From a virus, in IMG/VR virus record IMGVR_UViG_3300017605_001488, positions 32,876 to 96,875 of that record: a stretch of DNA of 64,000 nt; one strand, given 5' to 3'. Under the pieces are notes generated by a model. That model searched no databases. It had not been told where the DNA came from and saw only the letters and a program-made list of their open reading frames with translations. Shown here in pieces: positions 1-7,719 of this stretch (position 1 is its first letter; the number at the start of each line of letters is the position of its first letter). The translations under genes were made by a program, and so were the position numbers.

Positions 1-172
1 CGTCGGTGGCCTTGACGATGACGCCGAGGATGGGTTCCCCGTCGTCCATCTTCGCCAACGCCACGGCGTTCCACTCGATGCGCGTGTCGGGCTGGCACGA
101 GCTGATGTCGATCATGTGCGACACGACCTTGCGGTCGGTCGGTGTCGGTTCCGTGGTGCGGTACGGGTTCAC
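1..172 (-). CDS. GH25-family muramidase/lysozyme, N-terminal part (runs off left edge)
   Basis: Manual translation, not in ORF track: GTG at 172 overlaps upstream TGA; MNPYRTT...MIDISSCQPDTRIEWNAVA...GVIVKATD matches the GH25 N-terminal pattern IDVS.WQ..IDW..V....vIvKATE. Confidence 0.7.
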   Translation of the reverse strand, partial: MNPYRTTEPTPTDRKVVSHMIDISSCQPDTRIEWNAVALAKMDDGEPILGVIVKATD

Positions 173-546
173 GACGCGACCGCCTCAGCCTCACGACGTT
201 TCGCCTCGAGCTCCTTGCGCTTGCGCTCGACACACGGCGGGCAGCCCTTCCCGGTGACGCACGTGGCGCATCCGAATGCGTTGCAGAAGATGCACCGCCC
301 CACCTCGGTCACCAGCTGCCGGCACATCGCGCACTCGTACGGCCAGTGATGCAAACCCACGAACACGCGCGGGTTCGCTGCCTTGAGCGCTTCCGCCACA
401 CGCGTCGCCCACAAGCTCGCCGGACGACCGAGGCCCGCGGACACGAGCTCGTCGACCGTGATGCTGGCCGCCGCCGCCGACTCGATCAGCAGCGTTCGCG
501 TTTCGTACGACCGGGTGCGCAGGATCTCGTGCTTGGTCTCGTGCAT
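169..546 (-). CDS. hypothetical Cys-rich (4x CxxC) zinc-finger protein
   Basis: ATG at 546 (MHETKH) with TAGCCT 7 nt upstream; CAMC, CIFC, CATC, CPPC. Confidence 0.65.
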   Translation of the reverse strand: MHETKHEILRTRSYETRTLLIESAAAASITVDELVSAGLGRPASLWATRVAEALKAANPRVFVGLHHWPYECAMCRQLVTEVGRCIFCNAFGCATCVTGKGCPPCVERKRKELEAKRREAEAVAS

Positions 547-565
547 GCCCACGAGGCTAGCAGCA

Positions 566-1348
566 TCACGGGAGCCCGACCAGCTTGCCCATCTGCGCGG
601 ACAACGACCAATCGGGGTGCGCGAGCACGAACCCGATGCACCGCTCGAGGTAGTGGTTGTAGAGCGTCCCACCAATCATCCGCGTCTCGTCGTCGACGGC
701 GTCGCCCGCACCAAGCCGTAGGTGCGTGAGCTGCACACTGTTGGGGTCGAGCAACGGGTCCTGCGGTGTGACGAACAACCGATCGTACTTGCCCGCACGC
801 GCCAGCGCGACGAGCTCGTCGTCGGTCCATCCGTCGGTCGGGCGGTCCGGCGATGCCCCCGGCAACACCACGCGGAGCTCGTGCGCGGTCGCGATGACGA
901 GCTTGGCACCGCGCTTCGGACTGACGACGACGTGGTCGAATACGTGGTACGCACCACCGCCGGCCCACGTCGTCGGGGTGCACCCGTTGGTCTCGACGGC
1001 GATGCGCCACCCATCCAACCGCAAGTCGTTGATGAGGTATCGATCGACCTGCAACAGCGGTTCGCCGCCGGTGAACAAGCACCACCGCGGGCGGTTGTCG
1101 CCGATTTCGGTGGACGCCGCCCACGCACCATTCATCACCGCGATGAGGTCGTCGTGCTCAACGATGGTGCCACGCTGGAAGTCGGCATCACACCACTGCG
1201 AGCACGGGCTCGGCCCATCATCACGATGCAATGGGTGCCCGTCCCACAGGTTGCACCCGGCGAAGTGCACCGACACCACACGCGAGCCGGCGCGGGCGCC
1301 CTCGCTCACGAGCGTGTTGTTGACCGCTTTGATTGCATACGACGACAT
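566..1348 (-). CDS. queE: QueE-like (7-carboxy-7-deazaguanine synthase-like) radical SAM protein, divergent
   Basis: Start MSSYAIK with AAGGAGG RBS; FAGCNLW...C..WCDADF, FTGGEPLLQ, IAVETNG, VSPK, C-terminal W.LSAQMGK; resembles Burkholderia-type QueE. Confidence 0.8.
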   Translation of the reverse strand: MSSYAIKAVNNTLVSEGARAGSRVVSVHFAGCNLWDGHPLHRDDGPSPCSQWCDADFQRGTIVEHDDLIAVMNGAWAASTEIGDNRPRWCLFTGGEPLLQVDRYLINDLRLDGWRIAVETNGCTPTTWAGGGAYHVFDHVVVSPKRGAKLVIATAHELRVVLPGASPDRPTDGWTDDELVALARAGKYDRLFVTPQDPLLDPNSVQLTHLRLGAGDAVDDETRMIGGTLYNHYLERCIGFVLAHPDWSLSAQMGKLVGLP

Positions 1349-1358
1349 CGATCCCTCC

Positions 1359-1904
1359 TTAGAACGCTGGTGCGTCCTGCAAGCGTCCGGCGGCCTCCTC
1401 GGCACGTCGCCGCGCGCACGTGTCGCACACACCGGCGAGCTCCACGCGGTGCGCCGTGTGTCGCATCGGTCCGATGGGCTTGCCCCACTTGGCGCCGAGT
1501 GCGTCGGGGGCAAGCGTGAAGTACTCGACGGGTCGGACCTCGTCGCACTCCGGGCACCACCGCGCGCCGCGGTGCATGCACAACGGTTCGTCGGCGTAGT
1601 CGCAATCGTCACACCGCCACACGATGGGGTCGCCGAACTTGTCCTTACCCGACCACCGCACGTTCGACCACGTGAGCTCAACGACCGCCGCATCCACCGT
1701 GTTCGACAAGAACATGTCGGTGCGGAACCGCCCGAACTCGACAAGGTGATCGGCTTCCTCGCGCGTCGTGAAGACGTACGGCTCCTGCCAACGATAGGTA
1801 CCACCGAACCGTGTGGATCGATTCGCCCGGAAGAACGTGCCATCGCTCAACGCGATCACGAACCCTGGATGTTCAACCTCCTCACGGCTTCGCGCAGTAG
1901 ACAT
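1359..1904 (-). CDS. hypothetical protein with CxxC motifs
   Basis: ORF in operon context; CDDC, CPEC, CDTC. Confidence 0.55.
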   Translation of the reverse strand: MSTARSREEVEHPGFVIALSDGTFFRANRSTRFGGTYRWQEPYVFTTREEADHLVEFGRFRTDMFLSNTVDAAVVELTWSNVRWSGKDKFGDPIVWRCDDCDYADEPLCMHRGARWCPECDEVRPVEYFTLAPDALGAKWGKPIGPMRHTAHRVELAGVCDTCARRRAEEAAGRLQDAPAF

Positions 1905-2472
1905 GTGCTCGCACCTGCAACATCGATCCGCTCACGTTCTTGAGCGTGCACCGCCAATCGATTTTCTTCGACGTGTCGGCGACGTTCTCGGCAAAGCTCT
2001 CGACGAGGATGCCCGGTGCGGAATTGCTGCCGAGCGTCTGATCGCAACTGCCCGCGACGAGCAGGTCGACCGCCGCATCGCACGACGCCGCCACAGAGAT
2101 GACCAACCCCGCGTCGACCGTGGCGAGCGCCACACGTTCGTACACGCGCGCACGATCGAGCCCAACGCCCGGGTCACCCTTCGCGCCGGGCGCACCAGGA
2201 GACCCCGACAGTCCCGGCGCACCGGGGGTTCCGGGGTCTCCCTTCGGTCCCGACGGTCCGGTGCCGCCAGTGAGACCGTCCGCACCCGCGGGTCCGGGAT
2301 CGCCTTTCGGTCCCGCTGGTCCCATCGGGCCGATGTCGCCCTTGGGTCCCTGCGCACCGACCGGTCCCGCCGGTCCACGATCGCCGGCCGCACCCACGGT
2401 ACCTTCGCCCGGCACCGCTGCCTGCCCACCGCACCCGACCACGAACATCAACGCAACGAGCAACTTCCGCAT
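1882..2472 (-). CDS. collagen-like lipoprotein
   Basis: [14 protein letters not shown] lipoprotein signal, ~27 Gly-X-Y triplets, Cys-containing C-terminal domain; GGAGG RBS. Confidence 0.85.
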   Translation of the reverse strand: MRKLLVALMFVVGCGGQAAVPGEGTVGAAGDRGPAGPVGAQGPKGDIGPMGPAGPKGDPGPAGADGLTGGTGPSGPKGDPGTPGAPGLSGSPGAPGAKGDPGVGLDRARVYERVALATVDAGLVISVAASCDAAVDLLVAGSCDQTLGSNSAPGILVESFAENVADTSKKIDWRCTLKNVSGSMLQVRAHVYCAKP

Positions 2473-2495
2473 GACGGCACCTCCGCGCACCTCGA

Positions 2496-2545
2496 TTGCA
2501 GTCCTTGAACCATCACCACCTTCCGCACAATGGTTCAAGATGCAA
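2496..2545. repeat. inverted repeat upstream of the collagen-like lipoprotein gene
   Basis: CTTGAACCAT (2504-2513) / ATGGTTCAAG (2530-2539), flanked by TTGCA/TGCAA. Confidence 0.6.
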
Positions 2546-2568
2546 ACGCCTAGCGTCCGCACGGATAC

Positions 2569-4215
2569 TCACCGAGTGTGAACCTTCCCACCCTCGACGT
2601 GCCAGTGCGCATTCGCCCGCAACAGCCCGACCAAGTCCTCGCGGTGCGAGATGACCATCACCGTGCGGTTCGCGGCGAGCTCGTGCAACGCATCAACGGC
2701 GCGCATGGTGCCGTCCCCGTCCAACGCATCGAACACCTCGTCGGCGAACATCGTACCGGGCACATGCCCGTGCGCCGCCGCCGACACCTCGCCGAGCGCC
2801 CACACCAACGCCACGTCGATCCGCCGCCGCTCACCGCCGGACGATGCGCGGTATCCGTACCCCGCACCCGCACCGTTGACGGTCAACGCGATGGCGTCGC
2901 TTGTGCCGCCGGTCTTCTTCTCGGTGTACGGGGACAACCCCAACGCGAGCTCCTTGCCCGCGATGCGCGACAACCACGCGTTCGCGACGGCCTCGAGCCC
3001 GGTGAGCGCGCGCCCGAGGATGTGCGCTCGTATCCCCTTCGTGCCGAGCACTTGCTCGACCACCTCGAGCAACGCCACCTCGCCCTCGGAGTGCTCGAGG
3101 TCGCGCGCGTTCTCCTGCACGGTGCGTTCGTACGTCGCGATAGCATCGGTCGCCGACGCAATGACGCGTTCGAGCTGTTCCCGCATGTCGGCGGACCGGC
3201 GCGCAGCGGCAACGGCATTCTCGAGGTCGCGCACACGCGCCGCCAACGTGTTGCGCTCCTCGGTCAGCTCCTCGAGCTCGACATCGATGCTCGACACGGA
3301 TGCGCGGGCCTTCGTCGCCTCGGCCTCGAGCTCCTTCTCCTCGACGACGATGCGCCCCTGCAAGTCATCGCGGAGCGTTTGCGGGATCGGTTGGGAGCAC
3401 GTCGGGCACGTCTCCGCACGCAACCGCGCGAGCATCTGCCGCATCGACGCCAACGTCCCGTCGTTGCGTGAACCGACCGCGGATGCCGCGCGCGACTTCA
3501 AGGTGAGCGCACGCATGTCGTTGTCGACCCCGGTGAGCATCGCCCGCAACCGCGTCGCCTGCGCCGCCTGGTCCGCATCGACGGGCACGACCTCGTGCAT
3601 CGACAGCGTCGCCCGCGTCTCCTCCAACCGGCGCGCTTCGGCGGTCAACGCCTGCATCGCATAGTCGTGCGCGGCGCGATGGTTGACCACCGCCGCGCGA
3701 GCCTTCTGCAAGTCACCACGACACCGATCGAGCGCCACATCGAACCGCCCGTCACCGATGACGATGGACTCGAGCAACCGTTTGCGCTCGGCATCGGTGG
3801 ACATCGTGAAGTGCGCCGCGTCCGACGACGAGAACACCGACGACCGCCGCCACACATCCCAATCACCCACGACCTCGCCGAGCGCTTCCTGTGCCTTGGT
3901 GGCGTTCTCGTACGTGGGCGATGCCCCACCCGTGTCCCATTGCAGGACCGTTTTCCCCTTCGTGTTCTCGCGGAGGATGTCCAACCCATCGTACGTCTCG
4001 ACGTGCACGCTGCTGTACCCACCCGGACGCCACACGGGCGTACCGCGCAACGTCTTCCCCCACGCGGCCACGGACAACGCCTCGACCAACGACGACTTCC
4101 CCACGCCGTTCTCGCCGGTGACGACGACCAACCCGCGCTCGGGGAACACGAGATCGAGCTCGTCGTACGACATGAAGTTGACGGCCTGCACACGCTTGAG
4201 GTTCAAGGCAATCAT
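2569..4215 (-). CDS. sbcC: SbcC/Rad50 (T4 gp46-like) ATPase
   Basis: Walker A GENGVGKS, coiled coils, CPTC zinc hook, signature SSGGE, Walker B/D-loop MFADEVFDALD, H-loop ISH. Confidence 0.92.
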   Translation of the reverse strand: MIALNLKRVQAVNFMSYDELDLVFPERGLVVVTGENGVGKSSLVEALSVAAWGKTLRGTPVWRPGGYSSVHVETYDGLDILRENTKGKTVLQWDTGGASPTYENATKAQEALGEVVGDWDVWRRSSVFSSSDAAHFTMSTDAERKRLLESIVIGDGRFDVALDRCRGDLQKARAAVVNHRAAHDYAMQALTAEARRLEETRATLSMHEVVPVDADQAAQATRLRAMLTGVDNDMRALTLKSRAASAVGSRNDGTLASMRQMLARLRAETCPTCSQPIPQTLRDDLQGRIVVEEKELEAEATKARASVSSIDVELEELTEERNTLAARVRDLENAVAAARRSADMREQLERVIASATDAIATYERTVQENARDLEHSEGEVALLEVVEQVLGTKGIRAHILGRALTGLEAVANAWLSRIAGKELALGLSPYTEKKTGGTSDAIALTVNGAGAGYGYRASSGGERRRIDVALVWALGEVSAAAHGHVPGTMFADEVFDALDGDGTMRAVDALHELAANRTVMVISHREDLVGLLRANAHWHVEGGKVHTR

Positions 4216-4487
4216 TCGAAGTGTCCTCTCAGGTAAACGGGTAGCTTGCCGACGTTCGCGACGATGCACCGGTGCAACCGCGCACACGTGCCCAGCGCCG
4301 CACGCATGCGCATCTGCAACGCGATCTCCTCACGACACTCGAGCGCTTGAGCGACGGGGTCGAGCTCCGCGTACCGGGCCTTCGATCGATCGAGGATGCC
4401 GCGATACCACAGCGCTGTGTCCTTGATGGCCGCACGCGCGCGGTCGCGGTCGTCCCGGTCACGAACGATGTGCGTGCGGCTCGCCAC
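4212..4487 (-). CDS. hypothetical protein (~91 aa)
   Basis: GTG at 4487 overlaps sbcD stop; stop overlaps sbcC ATG. Confidence 0.55.
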   Translation of the reverse strand: MASRTHIVRDRDDRDRARAAIKDTALWYRGILDRSKARYAELDPVAQALECREEIALQMRMRAALGTCARLHRCIVANVGKLPVYLRGHFE

Positions 4488-5626
4488 TACTTCCCCATGA
4501 ACGCACACACGCGTGCGGCGACCGCGACGCGCTCGATCTTTTCGGGGATGGGCATCGTACGCAGGAACGCATCCAACGCCTCGGTGAACGTCTCCGCGGA
4601 CCGCGCGACGTGGGCGGCCGTCTTCGCCATCGCGGTCGCCGCGGTGTGGTCGATGTCGATGTCGTACGCGGCGATCTTCTTCTTCTCGACCATGTCCCGC
4701 AACACGGCCTCGTGCGCAGGCACGTGCTCGTGCGGCACCTCGACGCGCACGTACATCGCCGGCTGCGGTCGCGGATCGCTCGGCAGCGGCTCGTGCGCCT
4801 TGAGCTTGAGGAATCGCGGGCCGGGCACCTCGTGCTTGTGCCACGTGAGGTCTCGCGTGTTGTAGATCAGCACGCCGCCGTACCCCGCGAGCCCGGGGTT
4901 GTCCCACCCGGTCGGCACCAACGCGCCGAGCTGGAATATCTCCGGCTCCTCGGCCCACGTACACCCGTCGTGCCAATTGCCCGCCATCGCCGCCGCGATG
5001 CCGTGGGTGTCCATGATGCGCGCGAGGTCATCCACCACGATCGAGTCGGGCGCGTTGGCCAACCATGTGGGCGTATCGGCGTCGGCGATGCCCATGTGAA
5101 CAGCGAGCAGCCGCTTCGACGCCGTGGCGTCACCTGCGGCCTGCTCGGTGTTCTCGGCAATCATACGCGCGACGGTGTCGGGTAGCCAATCCTTCGCCGG
5201 TTCGCCCGGGCGGAACGGTACACACAGCAGGTCCGTCTCGGGATCGATCGACACGACGGTCGGTGCGGTGATGACCAATGCGTGGTCGGTCAAGCACCCG
5301 AGCGCGTGGTCACCCGGCGTCGTCGAGTGCATGTCGTGGTTGCCGAGAAGGATGATGACGTGCGTGCTGTGGTACGCACCCGAATCGGTGTTACTGCGCA
5401 GGATGTCGAGCACCGCCGCGAGCAACTGCGGCTCGGGTTTCGACGTGTCGAACAGGTCGCCGCACACCACGAACCATTCGCACTTCTCGGATTGCGCCAA
5501 CCGCAACGCGGCGGCGAACGCGCCGAGCGCCTGCCCGCACCGCGTGTTCATCCCCGCGACGGTCGGGCCTCCGAACCGCTTGTGGTTGCCGATGTGGATG
5601 TCCGCGCAGAAAGCCAACCGCGTCAT
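4487..5626 (-). CDS. sbcD: SbcD/Mre11 (T4 gp47-like) metallophosphoesterase nuclease
   Basis: ADIH, GDLFD, GNHD, AVH, GNWH motifs; next to Rad50-like gene. Confidence 0.9.
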   Translation of the reverse strand: MTRLAFCADIHIGNHKRFGGPTVAGMNTRCGQALGAFAAALRLAQSEKCEWFVVCGDLFDTSKPEPQLLAAVLDILRSNTDSGAYHSTHVIILLGNHDMHSTTPGDHALGCLTDHALVITAPTVVSIDPETDLLCVPFRPGEPAKDWLPDTVARMIAENTEQAAGDATASKRLLAVHMGIADADTPTWLANAPDSIVVDDLARIMDTHGIAAAMAGNWHDGCTWAEEPEIFQLGALVPTGWDNPGLAGYGGVLIYNTRDLTWHKHEVPGPRFLKLKAHEPLPSDPRPQPAMYVRVEVPHEHVPAHEAVLRDMVEKKKIAAYDIDIDHTAATAMAKTAAHVARSAETFTEALDAFLRTMPIPEKIERVAVAARVCAFMGK

Positions 5627-6048
5627 GGTGTCTCCTCGGGCGTGTTCGCCGCCAAGCGTTCCGCCGAATCCTTTGCCTTCATCAGCTCCACGCACCGCGG
5701 GCACCGCGTCGACTCCCCGAACACCGGCATGTCACGCACGATCGGCGGTTGCCCAACGTCGACGCCCGCTGCGTCCGAGTAGTACCCGTGATCGGGGCAC
5801 ACCTTGCGCTCGTCGTGCATCGGTGGCCCGCGACGGATGATCGCGACGGCGGTGGCAACACGCTCGAGGACGGCCACGGGAATCTCGACCTCGTCATACG
5901 TGTGGTGATCGGGATGGCCAAGCCACGATCGAATCGTCGCGCTCGTTAGCTCACCGCCGCCGTACGCAAGCACCACCTCGATGCGCGCCCCACGTTCCTC
6001 GTGACCACCGAGCACCAACTCGACGTGATGCTCCTCGCGCACGTCCAT
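5623..6048 (-). CDS. hypothetical protein
   Basis: ORF coupled to sbcD (ATGA overlap); CPDH/CPRC. Confidence 0.6.
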   Translation of the reverse strand: MDVREEHHVELVLGGHEERGARIEVVLAYGGGELTSATIRSWLGHPDHHTYDEVEIPVAVLERVATAVAIIRRGPPMHDERKVCPDHGYYSDAAGVDVGQPPIVRDMPVFGESTRCPRCVELMKAKDSAERLAANTPEETP

Positions 6049-6061
6049 GCGTTCACCCCGT

Positions 6062-6300
6062 GAAAAATAGGTGCGGTCTCTCCCGCCGTCACGCCCTCAC
6101 CACGGTGGCCGCGGGGCATGCCCCGCAACCGTTGTGGATCTGCCCGGTATCCCGAGCTCCGTCTTTCTCGCGCAGCGTTCGCACGGTCTACGTCTGACGG
6201 CTTGACGTGGTTTCCTAGCCGGTGGCACTTCAGAAACCAGAGAACCTAACGTGCGGTGAACCTGCTCGCTTGCGCGAGCCCCGCACGGTCCCGGCGGTTC
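6062..6300 (-). ncRNA. candidate structured non-coding RNA
   Basis: ~260 nt intergenic stretch packed with hairpins (CGTGCGG/CCGCACG, TGGTTTC/GAAACCA, GCGGGG/CCCCGC, GCGG-GAGAGA-CCGC), ending in a T-run on the minus strand. Confidence 0.4.
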
Positions 6301-6310
6301 GAGTCTTGAA

Positions 6311-7111
6311 TTACTCCTTCTTCGGGTCCTTGCTCATGTCGGCGGCGGCCGTGCGCGTGCGGGGCGAACCCTCGACGCGCGTGGAACCGGGCGCCTGGTA
6401 CGGCGCGCGTGCCGCGGCCTGCGGTCGTGCGAGACCCATTCCCGCCTCGGCCAGCTTCTGGAGGATGTCCTCGTACGAATCGACACGCGCGTACGACAGC
6501 AGGTTCCCCTGCATCTCGATCCACGCCATGTCACCGAGCGGTGACGACGCACGGGCCGCCGACACTTGGTACACCGTCTTGAGGCCCTGTCCCGTGCGGT
6601 TGACGACGATGTCGAACCCGTCTTCGGTCGGGTCGGTGAAGTCACCACCGGCAACCTTGTCGGCCCGAATGGTGTTCAGCTGCTCGAGCACCTTCTTGCC
6701 GAACGCGTACTTCTGCGGACCGAGCTCGGGTGCGTCCCGGTCGATCACGAACGCGTACACGCGCAACGACGGGAACAGCTTGCCGGCCACGTCGTAGTCG
6801 GCCTTGTTCCCGGTGCCGCGCAGCTGCTCCATCTTCTGACAGGCGGGGCACGGCTGTTGCGACATGACGCGCGGGCAATTGAACGACACCGCGTTCTTCA
6901 TCCCGGGTAGCTCGATGTAGTGCTGATGGGCCAGGACGAACGGGCTGCGCATCGCACCGATGGGGGGAAGGAACCGATAGACGTTCTGGCCCTCCTTGAC
7001 CTTGATGAACTCGCCGCCGGTTTTCGTGGCCTCCTCGCGCTCTTGATCGACCGCCTCGAGATCGTAGGAGTTGTACTTGACCATGTTGGTCTGGGGCTTG
7101 TCGTTGGACAT
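6311..7111 (-). CDS. single-stranded DNA-binding protein (T4 gp32-like)
   Basis: G.N.YRFLPP, HQHY, CP...CPAC zinc motif, DFTDPTEDGFDIVV.RTG.GLKT.Y. Confidence 0.85.
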   Translation of the reverse strand: MSNDKPQTNMVKYNSYDLEAVDQEREEATKTGGEFIKVKEGQNVYRFLPPIGAMRSPFVLAHQHYIELPGMKNAVSFNCPRVMSQQPCPACQKMEQLRGTGNKADYDVAGKLFPSLRVYAFVIDRDAPELGPQKYAFGKKVLEQLNTIRADKVAGGDFTDPTEDGFDIVVNRTGQGLKTVYQVSAARASSPLGDMAWIEMQGNLLSYARVDSYEDILQKLAEAGMGLARPQAAARAPYQAPGSTRVEGSPRTRTAAADMSKDPKKE

Positions 7112-7162
7112 CGGGAATTCTCTTTTCTGGACTGGACTGTTAGTAAGCAAGCGGACCGTGAC

Positions 7163-7708
7163 CTAAGCCTTCTTGTGGTAGCTCGCGCCTTGGTGCTGTG
7201 CACGGATGGCGGGATCGCCCTGCATCTCCGCGCGGATGTGCGCGCCGATGGACACCACCGCATCGCGTTTGCTGCGCACGGCATCGAGCACACCGGCGAG
7301 GTGGTTCTTCTCGGCCTCGGCGGCGATGTATGCCACTCGCGCAGCGTACACCGCATCGTCGAGCAGCAACCGCGCGGCCACCGCCGCCTCGGTCAACCCG
7401 CCCCCACGCGCGCGACCCTTCGCCGGTTTCGGCTTCGCATCGTCGGGTGTGGTCTCCGCCTCGACGGCCATCGCGTCCTCGTTGACGGCGCGGATGCGCA
7501 ACTCGGCGGTCGCCTTCGTGCGCTCCCATTCGTGCTTCGCGGTCAACAACCGCTCGTACGCGTCCGAATAGCGCTGATTCCAGTACGCGAGGTCGCGCGG
7601 CACGCGCACGAACTCCTCCTGAATCATCAACGGTTCGATCGTGACGCAGTCGAGCAGGTACGGTTCGACCTCGATGCCCTCGATGTTGGTGTTGCCGGTG
7701 TTGTCCAC
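7163..7708 (-). CDS. UvsY-like recombination mediator / helical replication accessory protein
   Basis: GTG with AAGGAG RBS; IQEEFVRVP..LAYW helical pattern; between polymerase and SSB. Confidence 0.55.
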   Translation of the reverse strand: MDNTGNTNIEGIEVEPYLLDCVTIEPLMIQEEFVRVPRDLAYWNQRYSDAYERLLTAKHEWERTKATAELRIRAVNEDAMAVEAETTPDDAKPKPAKGRARGGGLTEAAVAARLLLDDAVYAARVAYIAAEAEKNHLAGVLDAVRSKRDAVVSIGAHIRAEMQGDPAIRAQHQGASYHKKA

Positions 7709-7719
7709 GTGAATGCTCC

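Noticed and set aside
566-1348. Complete 7-deazaguanine (dpd) DNA-modification system
   Set aside because: Only a QueE-like gene is visible; no dpdA, folE, queD or queC in the window
6200-6240. Hammerhead-like CTGAAG...GAAAC on the minus strand
   Set aside because: Better explained as a simple TGGTTTC/GAAACCA hairpin; core does not match
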